Assembly (NCBI GenBank): GCA_034189165.1
Contig: JAXHVN010000024.1
Coordinates: 19,818-83,817, forward strand
DNA: 64,000 nucleotides
Source of the DNA: Pseudomonadota bacterium
Lineage (GTDB): Bacteria; Pseudomonadota; Gammaproteobacteria; UBA5335
Direction of reading: 5' to 3'
In this document: positions 10,510 through 18,849 of the stretch, piece by piece
How positions within the stretch are numbered: the stretch's first letter is position 1
How the letters are laid out: each line of letters starts with the position of its first letter
Made by a program: the position numbers and the translations under genes
Notes under the pieces: generated by a model
The model's input: the letters and a program-made list of their open reading frames with translations, nothing else
Database searches by the model: none
Told to the model about the DNA's origin: nothing

Positions 10510-11432
10510 AGCCGCAGGCGCCGCCCGTGTGCTTCTTCGGCGGCAAGGGCGGGGTCGGCAAGACGACCTGCGCCGCGGCGATCGCCGCGGCGGTTGCGGC
10601 GCCGGCGGCCAGAACGCTGCTCGTCTCCACCGATCCGGCCCATTCGCTGCGGGACGTGCTGGCGATACCGGGCGAGCTGTCCGCGCCGACGCCCGTGGCG
10701 CCCGCTCTCGATGCGCTGGAACTGGACCCGCAGCTCGTCAAGCAGCGGTATCTCGACGATGTGCGCCGCACGCTGGAGCGGATCGCACCGCCACGATTGC
10801 TGGCCGAGGTGCGCCGGCAGGTGGCGCTCGCGGCCGCGGCGCCCGGTACGACCGAGGCCGCGCTGACCGAGGCGCTGGCGCGGCTGCTTGCCGAGGCACC
10901 GGCGCGCTATCGGCAGGTAGTGATCGACACCGCACCGACGGGGCACACCCTGCAGTTGCTGCAGGCACCGGCGGCGATGCAGGCGTGGATGGATGCGCTG
11001 CTCGCTCGGCGCAGCGAGGCGATCGATCCCGAGGTCGTGGCGCGGCTGCACCGGCGGCGTGGGTATCTGCAGGCCATGGCGGCGCTGCTCGGCGATCCAG
11101 CCCGAACGGCGTTCGTGTTGGTGACGCTGGCCGAGCCCATGGCACTGGCGGAAACGGTGCGGGCGCGCGAGGCACTGAACCGGCTGGGGTTGGCGCCGGC
11201 GGCCATCGTGGTCAACCGGCTGACCCCGGCCGACGCGGCGGGCGGCTGGGCCTCGGCGCAGCACGCGGCGCAAGCCGCCGCGCTGGGCACGTTCGGGCAG
11301 GAGATGACGTGCCCGATCATCCGGCAGGTCGCGTGCCTGCCCCGCCCGCAGGGAGTCGAGGCCCTGCGTGCGGTGGGCGAGGGCCTGCTGGAAGCCGGGC
11401 TGTTCGCGGCTACCGGCAACGGCATCGCCTGA
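10500..11432 (+). CDS. ArsA/Get3-family ATPase (single-domain)
   Basis: P-loop GGKGGVGKTT, STDPAHSL, and the ArsA signature DTAPTGHTLQLL. The GTG start overlaps the stop of the upstream small ORF (GTGCTGTTGA). Confidence 0.8.
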   Translation: MLLKPQAPPVCFFGGKGGVGKTTCAAAIAAAVAAPAARTLLVSTDPAHSLRDVLAIPGELSAPTPVAPALDALELDPQLVKQRYLDDVRRTLERIAPPRLLAEVRRQVALAAAAPGTTEAALTEALARLLAEAPARYRQVVIDTAPTGHTLQLLQAPAAMQAWMDALLARRSEAIDPEVVARLHRRRGYLQAMAALLGDPARTAFVLVTLAEPMALAETVRAREALNRLGLAPAAIVVNRLTPADAAGGWASAQHAAQAAALGTFGQEMTCPIIRQVACLPRPQGVEALRAVGEGLLEAGLFAATGNGIA

Positions 11433-11439
11433 TACAGGA

Positions 11440-11462
11440 AAAGGGCGCCCGGGGCGCCCTTT
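11440..11462. terminator. Hairpin between convergent ArsA-like gene and orphan pmoC
   Basis: AAAGGGCGCC-cgg-GGCGCCCTTT is a perfect 10-bp stem, followed by TTGT on the plus strand. Confidence 0.6.
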
Positions 11463-11517
11463 GTCGAGTCACAAGAATGGACCGGGCGCTAGAGAAGTCC
11501 GCCCGGCAGATGCGGCA

Positions 11518-12321
11518 TCAGTAGGCGGCGATGCGCTCCTCGTCGGAGATGGCCGTCAGCTTGCGCATCCGGTTCAGGCACTGCGTGACGAAGCCGCCGA
11601 TGCAGAACAGCGCCCAGCCAAGCACCACGAAGCCCCAGTGGATCGGCGCGGCGAACAGCTCTTCTGCGTAGAAGAACGTGTGGCCCCACTCGTTCAGGCC
11701 GAGGTTCGGCATGATCAGGATCGGTCCTGCGGCCATCAGCGCCAGTGGCACCGAAATGCGGTTGGCGAAGTCCGGCAGACGGGTGTGGACCCAGACGAAG
11801 CCGAATACCAGGCCAACGAGCGCCGCAGGAATCGCGAAGTAGAACAGGCCGATGTGGGTCGGCGTGAAGTCGGTATCGCGAATGGTGGTCTGGTGCCAGG
11901 CGGCATCGGCTTCCACGAACAGGCCGAAGGCGAATACCGCCAGGATGCTGGCACCGGCGAGCACCGAAAGCACCCAGTAGTAACGGCGCAGTTCCTCGTG
12001 CGGCGTGATGGCGGCGACGTTCTTGTCCCGCGTGAACCACAGTATCGGCACGATAGCGGCGCCGATCACACCGATGACGACCATCTGGATGTAGAACAGC
12101 CGCATCCAGTAGACCTGGAACTCATCCTCGAAGTAGTCGAGACCGACGGTGAACGAATACTCCTGCTGGTACCAGCGATAGATGCCGAACACCGCTGTGG
12201 CGATCGTCACCAGCAAGGCGACCCAGAGCCAGGGAACCTTCGGCGCGGGTTGATCGGCTGGCGCTGGTGCGACGTGGCGTTCGTCCTGCCGGACGCGCCC
12301 GCCTTCGATGACTGCGCTCAT
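11518..12321 (-). CDS. pmoC: Orphan PmoC/AmoC-family copper membrane monooxygenase subunit C
   Basis: 267 aa with RDTDFTPTH and NEWGHTFFYAEELFAAPIHW motifs. Collinear with the operon-encoded PmoC at 27399..28223. AGGAGGAG RBS before the ATG. Confidence 0.9.
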   Translation of the reverse strand: MSAVIEGGRVRQDERHVAPAPADQPAPKVPWLWVALLVTIATAVFGIYRWYQQEYSFTVGLDYFEDEFQVYWMRLFYIQMVVIGVIGAAIVPILWFTRDKNVAAITPHEELRRYYWVLSVLAGASILAVFAFGLFVEADAAWHQTTIRDTDFTPTHIGLFYFAIPAALVGLVFGFVWVHTRLPDFANRISVPLALMAAGPILIMPNLGLNEWGHTFFYAEELFAAPIHWGFVVLGWALFCIGGFVTQCLNRMRKLTAISDEERIAAY

Positions 12322-12378
12322 TGCGTTCTCCTCCTGTACTTGTTTTCGAAGCCACGCCGACGGGCATGGCCTCCCCTA

Positions 12379-12407
12379 TAGATAGATCGGCCTGAACGAA
12401 CGTTCAA
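12379..12407 (-). promoter_or_regulatory. Candidate sigma70 promoter of orphan pmoC (TTGAAC-17-TATCTA)
   Basis: Read on the minus strand: TTGAAC (12407..12402), a 17-nt spacer, TATCTA (12384..12379). It sits in a locally AT-rich stretch about 60 nt upstream of the ATG. Confidence 0.4.
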
Positions 12408-12462
12408 TAAGAATTTTTCGATCGCCGTTCGTCAGCCGATAGGCGGTCAGGAGGTGACGCAC

Positions 12463-13533
12463 TCAGTCGCCGAGGCAGATGCCGATCTCACGCGCGGTCT
12501 GAACGGTGTCGCAGTCCAGCGGTACCGAGCGCATCTCGGCGATCGCCGCCTCGATCGGCACCGACACCATGTCCGGCGGCTGGTAGGCCACCATCCGCCC
12601 GAACTCGCCGGCAGCCGCCGTGCGCACCGCCGCCGCGCCGAAGCGCAGCGCCAACATGCGGTCGAAGGCGGTGGGCGTGCCGCCACGCTGGATATGGCCG
12701 AGCACTACATGACGCGTTTCCTTGCCGGTCCGCTGGGCGATCTCCAGCGCGACCTTCTCGGCGATCCCGCCGAGCCGCACCTCGCGCCCGAGCTCACTGC
12801 CGGCGACCGTCAGCTCGCCGCCGCGGGGCTTGGCACCCTCGGCGACACAGACGATGGAGAAGGTGCGGCCGTTGGCCTCGCGCTGGCGGATCTTGTCGCA
12901 GACACGCTCGATGTCGAAGTCGATCTCCGGGATGAGGATCACGTCGGCGCCACCGGCGATGCCGGCGTTCAGCGCGATCCAGCCGGCATAGCGGCCCATC
13001 AGCTCCACCACCATGACCCGCCGGTGCGACTCGGCGGTGGTGTGCAGCCGGCCGATCGCCTCGGTCGCCACCGAGACGGCCGTGTCGAAGCCGAAGGTGA
13101 AGCTGGTGCAGGCGAGGTCGTTGTCGATGGTCTTCGGCACGCCCACGACCGGAATGCCCTTGTCCATGAAGCGCCGGGCGATACGCAGCGAGCCGTCGCC
13201 GCCGATCGCGATCAGCGCATCGCCCCCCAGTGCTCGGAAGCGCTCGACCACCTCGTCCGAGCGATCGACCAGCCGGGTCTGGCCGTCGATCTCCAGCGGG
13301 TACTCGAACGGGTTGCCCTTGTTCAGCGTGCCGAGGATCGTGCCGCCCAGATGGGCGATGCCGCGCACCTGATCCGGCCCGAGCGGCATCAGATCGTCCT
13401 GCAGCAGGCCCTCGTAACCGTAGCGGATGCCGGTCACGCGCCAGCCACGATGCACTGCGCCGAGCGTGAGGGCGCGGATGACGGCGTTCAGACCCGGCGC
13501 ATCGCCGCCGCCGGTGTTGACGAACAGGTGCAT
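12463..13533 (-). CDS. pfk: 6-phosphofructokinase (PfkA family)
   Basis: 356 aa with TGGGDAPGLNAVIR, IGGDGS and PKTIDNDL motifs. Confidence 0.85.
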   Translation of the reverse strand: MHLFVNTGGGDAPGLNAVIRALTLGAVHRGWRVTGIRYGYEGLLQDDLMPLGPDQVRGIAHLGGTILGTLNKGNPFEYPLEIDGQTRLVDRSDEVVERFRALGGDALIAIGGDGSLRIARRFMDKGIPVVGVPKTIDNDLACTSFTFGFDTAVSVATEAIGRLHTTAESHRRVMVVELMGRYAGWIALNAGIAGGADVILIPEIDFDIERVCDKIRQREANGRTFSIVCVAEGAKPRGGELTVAGSELGREVRLGGIAEKVALEIAQRTGKETRHVVLGHIQRGGTPTAFDRMLALRFGAAAVRTAAAGEFGRMVAYQPPDMVSVPIEAAIAEMRSVPLDCDTVQTAREIGICLGD

Positions 13534-13687
13534 GGACAGCCCTCCCCTGACTGTGACGTAGACCCCAGCTTAACGGCCGGGGGATGACCGCCGATAGCGG
13601 CGCGCCGGCTTTGGACCGATCGGACGGTAAGCCGCTATACTCGACAGGCTTTGCCATCGGATGGTGCATACCCGAGGAGACTCAAGG

Positions 13688-14845
13688 ATGGATATCGACT
13701 ACACCCAAGAGGAGCGGCAGTTTCAGCAGCAGGTGCGCGACTTCCTGGACGAGAACCTGCCGCGCGGCAACGAGATGTGGTCCAAGCGCGATGCCTGGTT
13801 CAAGTCGCTGCAGGCACAGGGCGGCTGGGATGTGCCGAAGTGGCCGGCCGAATTCGGCGGCCCGGGCTGGACGCCGGTGCAGCACTACATCTGGGATCGC
13901 GAGACCGCCGGTCGCTCGTTGCCGCCGGTGCTGCCCTTCGGTCAGGTCATGCTGGCGCCGATCCTGATGCGTTACGGCAGCAAGGAGCAGCAAGAGCGCT
14001 TCCTGCCGGACATCCGCGCCAACAAGGTCAATTGGTGCCAGGGCTATTCCGAGCCGGGCGCCGGGTCCGATCTCGCCTCGTTGAAGACACGCGCCGTGCT
14101 GAGCGAGGACGGCAGCAAGTACGTCGTCAACGGCACCAAGATCTGGACCACGATGGGGCACATGGCCCAGTGGATGTTCTGCCTCACGCGGACCAGCAGC
14201 GAGGGGCCAAAACAGGAGGGCATCACCTTCCTGCTGATCAACATGAAGACGCCGGGCATCACCGTGAAGCCGATCTTCACGCTGGGTGGCAGCCACCACG
14301 TCAACCAGGTGTTCTTCGACAATGTCGAGGTGCCGGTCGAGAACCGTGTCGGCGAGGAGGGCAAGGGCTGGACCTATGCCAAGGGCTTGTTGCAGCACGA
14401 GCGCTCCGGCATCGCCGGCATTTCCCGCACGCTCACCGCGCTGTCGAAGCTGAAGAAGAACGCCCGTTCGGTGCGCGTCGGCGACAGTACCCTGCTGGAC
14501 GACTCGAGCTACAAGCGCAAGCTGGCCGAGACCGAGATCGAGCTGCGGGCGCTGGAGTTCGCCGAGCTGCGCAGCCTGGCGGACGCACAGCAGACCGGCG
14601 AGCCGGGCACGGCCTCGTCGATCCTCAAGCTCAAGGGCACCGAGCTGCAGCAGCGGGTGCAGGAGCTGACCATCGAGGCCGCCGGGCCCTACGCGCTGAA
14701 CGCCGGCTTCAAGGAGGCCGGGCCGAAGTTCTCCAAGATGGGGATGATGATGTACCTCAATGGCCGTGCCGCGACCGTCTATGGCGGTTGCAGCGAGGTG
14801 CAGAAGGACGTCATCGCCAAGCGTGTGCTCGGCATCAAGGACTAG
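13688..14845 (+). CDS. Acyl-CoA dehydrogenase family protein
   Basis: ACAD-like N-terminus (MDIDYTQEERQF), middle beta domain and C-terminal helical domain. GAGGAG RBS before the ATG at 13688. Confidence 0.85.
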   Translation: MDIDYTQEERQFQQQVRDFLDENLPRGNEMWSKRDAWFKSLQAQGGWDVPKWPAEFGGPGWTPVQHYIWDRETAGRSLPPVLPFGQVMLAPILMRYGSKEQQERFLPDIRANKVNWCQGYSEPGAGSDLASLKTRAVLSEDGSKYVVNGTKIWTTMGHMAQWMFCLTRTSSEGPKQEGITFLLINMKTPGITVKPIFTLGGSHHVNQVFFDNVEVPVENRVGEEGKGWTYAKGLLQHERSGIAGISRTLTALSKLKKNARSVRVGDSTLLDDSSYKRKLAETEIELRALEFAELRSLADAQQTGEPGTASSILKLKGTELQQRVQELTIEAAGPYALNAGFKEAGPKFSKMGMMMYLNGRAATVYGGCSEVQKDVIAKRVLGIKD

Positions 14846-14863
14846 GCAGGGAGGCCAGCAGAG

Positions 14864-16045
14864 ATGGATTTCAATTTCACGGAAGAGCAGCAGATGCTGC
14901 GCGACAGCATCCAGAAGTTCGTGCGCGAGCACTATCCCGCCGACAGGGTCGGGGCCCGGCGCAAGGCGTTTCGCAAGGCGCCCGGCTTCGCCGAGGAGAA
15001 TTGGCAGCAGTTCGCCGATCTGGGCTGGCTGGGAGTGCCGTTTCCGGAGGAGCTCGGCGGCATCGGCGGCGATCTCGCCGACGTGATGGTGGTGATGGAG
15101 GAGCTCGGCAAGGGCCTGGTGGTCGAGCCCTACTTCCCCACCGTCGTGCTGTTCGGCAGCGCGCTGATGCTCGGCGGCAATGCCGACCAGCAGCAGTCAC
15201 TGGTGCCGCAGCTGATCGAGGGCAAGCTCAGGGGCACGCTGGCCTACATGGAAGAGCAGGCCCGCTACGAGCTTGCCGATGTGGCGACCACGGCCACTGC
15301 CCGTGACGGCAAGTACCTGCTGAACGGCACGAAGTCGCTCGTGCTGAACGCGGACAGCGCCGACTATCTGGTGGTCAGCGCGCGTACCGGGGGCGATCGC
15401 ACGGCTCGCGAGGGCATCACGCTGTTCCTCGTGCCGGCGGATGCCGAGGGCGTCAAGCGAGTCGACTACCCGACGATCGACGTGCTGCGGGCCTCGGAGG
15501 TCAGCTTCGAGAACGTCGCGGTGGGCGAGGATGCCATCCTGGGTAGCGTGGGCGAGGGGCTGGCCCTGCTGGAGGCTATCTCCCAGCGTGCCATCCTGGC
15601 GCTGGGCGCCGAGTCGGTCGGCATGATGGAAATGCTCTATCGCGACACCACCGACTACACCAGCCAGCGCGTGCAGTTCGAGAAGCCGCTCGCTGCCTTC
15701 CAGAGTGTCAAGCACCGCATCGTCGACATGTTCGTGCAGACCGAGCTCACGCGCTCGCTGCTCTACCGGGCGACGATGGAGGTGCAGGGCGAGCATGAGG
15801 ATGCCCCGCTGGATGTGCATGGCCTCAAGCACATGGTCGGCAAGGCCGGCCGCTTCGTCGGCCAGAGCGCGGTCCAGCTGCACGGTGGCATGGGCCAGAC
15901 CGAGGAACTGCGGGTCGGCCACTACTTCATCCGGCTGGCGGCCATCGATGCGCAGTTCGGCGACACCGACTACCACCTCGGCCGCTACACCGAGCTGATG
16001 CCGATCCCCGAGGGGGAGCCGGACGCGGATCTGCTGCCGTTCTAG
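14864..16045 (+). CDS. Acyl-CoA dehydrogenase family protein (second, adjacent)
   Basis: 393 aa, MDFNFTEEQQMLRDS start, QLHGGMG motif. It lies 18 nt downstream of the first ACAD. Confidence 0.85.
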   Translation: MDFNFTEEQQMLRDSIQKFVREHYPADRVGARRKAFRKAPGFAEENWQQFADLGWLGVPFPEELGGIGGDLADVMVVMEELGKGLVVEPYFPTVVLFGSALMLGGNADQQQSLVPQLIEGKLRGTLAYMEEQARYELADVATTATARDGKYLLNGTKSLVLNADSADYLVVSARTGGDRTAREGITLFLVPADAEGVKRVDYPTIDVLRASEVSFENVAVGEDAILGSVGEGLALLEAISQRAILALGAESVGMMEMLYRDTTDYTSQRVQFEKPLAAFQSVKHRIVDMFVQTELTRSLLYRATMEVQGEHEDAPLDVHGLKHMVGKAGRFVGQSAVQLHGGMGQTEELRVGHYFIRLAAIDAQFGDTDYHLGRYTELMPIPEGEPDADLLPF

Positions 16046-16066
16046 CGGCGCCTCCGGCATCCCTGC

Positions 16067-16096
16067 ACGATCGGGCGGCGCACGCCGCCCGATCGT
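16067..16096. terminator. Hairpin between convergent ACAD gene and small secreted-protein gene
   Basis: ACGATCGGGCGGC-gcac-GCCGCCCGATCGT is a perfect 13-bp stem. Confidence 0.6.
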
Positions 16097-16112
16097 CCTT
16101 CCCGGCGCCCGT

Positions 16113-16406
16113 CTAGAGAGCGGCGCAGCCGGACGCGCGTCGGCAGGCGATCCGCGTCCGGAACCGATAGATCCGTTCCGCCTTCGCATTCGCCCGTGCC
16201 GCCGCGCGTTCCAGCCCCGCTGCCTCGAGCCGCCCGGCGGCATCCAGCCACAGCTGGATCCGGATCGCCGGATGATCGTCGATCGCCGGCAACAGCTGCC
16301 CGCGCACACCGCCCAGCGCCGCTTCGTCCATCGGCACCGGTGCCGCTACGGCCGACAGCGAGACCGCGGCCAACAGGCTGCAGGCGAACTTGCCCGATAG
16401 TTTCAT
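16113..16406 (-). CDS. Small secreted hypothetical protein
   Basis: Signal peptide MKLSGKFACSLLAAVSLSAVAAP and a GGGAGGG RBS. I see no recognisable domain. Confidence 0.45.
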   Translation of the reverse strand: MKLSGKFACSLLAAVSLSAVAAPVPMDEAALGGVRGQLLPAIDDHPAIRIQLWLDAAGRLEAAGLERAAARANAKAERIYRFRTRIACRRASGCAAL

Positions 16407-16526
16407 GAACCCTCCCGGCGCCGGCACCCGTGCCGGAGCGTTGCCGTGCGTGGTCTTGATCCACGTCGGCGCAGATTGGCCCGTGCCCGACTACTTTGAA
16501 GTCAAGCACACCTGTGAGATGGAATC

Positions 16527-17390
16527 ATGACTGTCAGGGATCTCGTGCTGCCGACCGTGTTGGAGCAGCCCTACGTCCGCTGGCTCGGGGTCGACGCGAT
16601 CCGGGGTGAGGCGCCCGAGCTGCGGGTGTCGTTGCCCTACCGGGAGGACAACAGCAATCTCGGCGGCACGCTGCATGGCGGCGTACTGGCCTCGCTGGTG
16701 ATCATCGCCGCGCGGGCAGCGGCGGTGCAGGCAATGGCGGGTGCCCGCGATGCCGACGTCCAGCTGGTGGGCCTGACGGTGCAGTACCTCGGCGCCGTCA
16801 GTCGTCAGGATGTGGAGGCCCGGGCGCAGGTGCTGCGCACCGGTCGTAATCTCTGCTTTATCGGCGTGGAAGTGCTCGACGGCAGCGGCCAGCGGGTGAC
16901 GCAGGCGCAGGCGACCCTGCGGGTCGCGGCGGAAGTGGCCGCCGAGAGCTGCGATCCCCCGCGTGACGAGGTGATCGTGCCGGCAGCGGAGCGCGAGCCC
17001 TCCGGCATCGCCCGCATGATCACGCGCATGGGCTTCATCTCGCGGCTGGGCATCGGCATCGACCTGATGGCCGAGGGCGAGGCGGCGCTGCGCCTGCCCT
17101 GGCGCAGCGAGTTGTCCGATGGCCGCGGCCGGCATCACGACGGCGCCCTGGCAGCGCTGTTCGATACCACCGGCGCGATGTCGGCCTTCGCCATGGGCAA
17201 TGCCAGCGGCATGAAGGCAGTCACCCCGGCGCTGCATCTGGCGGTGCTGGGCGACAGTCGCGGCCAGGGCCTGCACGGCTATGCCCGCACCCTGTGGCAG
17301 CGCGACGAACTCTACGTATGCGAGGTGCGGATCTGCGCCAGCGACGGCAGCGTCTGCGCTCGGGGCGACCTGATCTACCGCATCACCTGA
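16527..17390 (+). CDS. Tandem hotdog-fold (PaaI-type) thioesterase
   Basis: 287 aa made of two PaaI-like halves, each with a G(G)xLHGG(V/A)L-type motif (GGTLHGGVLASL; HDGALAALFD). Confidence 0.7.
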   Translation: MTVRDLVLPTVLEQPYVRWLGVDAIRGEAPELRVSLPYREDNSNLGGTLHGGVLASLVIIAARAAAVQAMAGARDADVQLVGLTVQYLGAVSRQDVEARAQVLRTGRNLCFIGVEVLDGSGQRVTQAQATLRVAAEVAAESCDPPRDEVIVPAAEREPSGIARMITRMGFISRLGIGIDLMAEGEAALRLPWRSELSDGRGRHHDGALAALFDTTGAMSAFAMGNASGMKAVTPALHLAVLGDSRGQGLHGYARTLWQRDELYVCEVRICASDGSVCARGDLIYRIT

Positions 17391-17462
17391 GGCGATTGGC
17401 GATGGACGTCTGCGTCAAGGACGCGACATCCTCGCAGTGACCTGGCGGGCGAAGGGGCTGGC

Positions 17463-18290
17463 ATGGATCTGGGCGGCATCATCTGGTTGTTCATTCTGTT
17501 CGTCGGCCTGCAGCCGCTGGTGCGACAGCGGCTGCTCGACTGGCAGCGCCGCCAGCAGCTGGCCCGCATCCAGAAGGCCCGGGGGTCGCGGGTGATCCTG
17601 CTGGTGCACCGTCAGGAGGTCATGCGCCTGTTCGGCGTCCCGCTGGTGCGCTACATCGATCTGAACGACGCCGAGGAGGTGCTGCGGGCCATCCAGCTCA
17701 CCGATGACGCCACGCCGATCGACCTGATCGTGCATACCCCGGGCGGGCTGGTGCTGGCGGCCCTGCAGATCGCCCGCGCCCTCAAGGACCATCCGGCCAG
17801 GGTGACCATCTTCGTGCCGCACCTGGCCATGTCCGGCGGCACGCTGATCGCGTTGGCCGGGGATGAGATCGTCATGTGTCGCCATGCGCTGCTGGGGCCG
17901 TGCGATCCGCAGATCAACGGGCTGCCTGCGGCCTCGCTGCTGCGGGTGCTGCGCAGCAAGCCGGTGGCAGAGATCGATGACCAGACCCTGGCGCTGGCCG
18001 ACCTCGGCGAGAAGGCCATCGCCCAGCTGCGGCTGGCCGTCGAGGAGCTGCTGGCCGGCACGGTCGCCGAAGCCGCCCGCGACCGGCTGGCGGACGATCT
18101 TACCCGTGGCCGCTGGACGCACGACTTCGGCATCACCAGCGCGCAGGCGCGGCAGTTCGGGTTGCCGGTGTCCGAGGATGTGCCGCCGGCCATACTGGAA
18201 TTGATGGCGCTCTATCCCCAGCCTGTCAGGGGTGTGCCGAGTGTCGAATATCTGCCGGCGCCGCCCCCGGTCCGGCCGCACCGGCGCTAA
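17463..18290 (+). CDS. SDH-family Clp-fold serine proteinase (membrane-anchored)
   Basis: N-terminal TM helix, then a ClpP/SppA-like core (IDLIVHTPGG, HLAMSGGTLIALAGDEIVM). Confidence 0.7.
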   Translation: MDLGGIIWLFILFVGLQPLVRQRLLDWQRRQQLARIQKARGSRVILLVHRQEVMRLFGVPLVRYIDLNDAEEVLRAIQLTDDATPIDLIVHTPGGLVLAALQIARALKDHPARVTIFVPHLAMSGGTLIALAGDEIVMCRHALLGPCDPQINGLPAASLLRVLRSKPVAEIDDQTLALADLGEKAIAQLRLAVEELLAGTVAEAARDRLADDLTRGRWTHDFGITSAQARQFGLPVSEDVPPAILELMALYPQPVRGVPSVEYLPAPPPVRPHRR

Positions 18291-18324
18291 GTTGAGGGTG
18301 CTGCAGAACGCGAGGAGGTAGACG

Positions 18325-18777
18325 ATGACCATCAGCGACATGTACCGCGATGTCCGCCGCTGTCTGCGGCTGGTCTACGGCCTGGCAGAGACCGAGGGCC
18401 GTAAGGTGAACGTCGGCGAGCGCTTCGTGCTGCGCTTTCGTCTCAGCAACGAGGCCGCTCCGATCCAGCCGGACGAGAACCCGCTGGTGTGCTTTCGCAA
18501 CCTGCGCCTGCAGGTGGGGCGCACCGAGTACGCGGCGCCGCTCGAGGATGAGGCGACGGTAGCCGAGCGCCGTCTGGCATTCCCTGCCGAGCGTCTCTGG
18601 CCCGGTGAGAGCACCGATCTGCTCGTGCCGATGCGGGCGGAGCGGAACATGGGTGGTTTTGCCGACCTGCTGAGCGAGGAGGAGGTGGCCGTGGTCGGCG
18701 TCGAGGCCGATCTCGACGTGGAGGCCTACTTCCGGATTCGTCTGCGCACTGCCGTGCGCGAGGAAATCCATCCCTGA
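18325..18777 (+). CDS. Hypothetical protein (no recognisable domain)
   Basis: 150 aa with a GAGGAGG RBS, 34 nt downstream of the protease gene on the same strand. Confidence 0.5.
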   Translation: MTISDMYRDVRRCLRLVYGLAETEGRKVNVGERFVLRFRLSNEAAPIQPDENPLVCFRNLRLQVGRTEYAAPLEDEATVAERRLAFPAERLWPGESTDLLVPMRAERNMGGFADLLSEEEVAVVGVEADLDVEAYFRIRLRTAVREEIHP

Positions 18778-18849
18778 GCCGCGCCGAATCGCCCCGGCTC
18801 CGTCCCCGCGACGCGTCGCGGACCGCGTCGCAGGCCGGAGCCGGACGGC

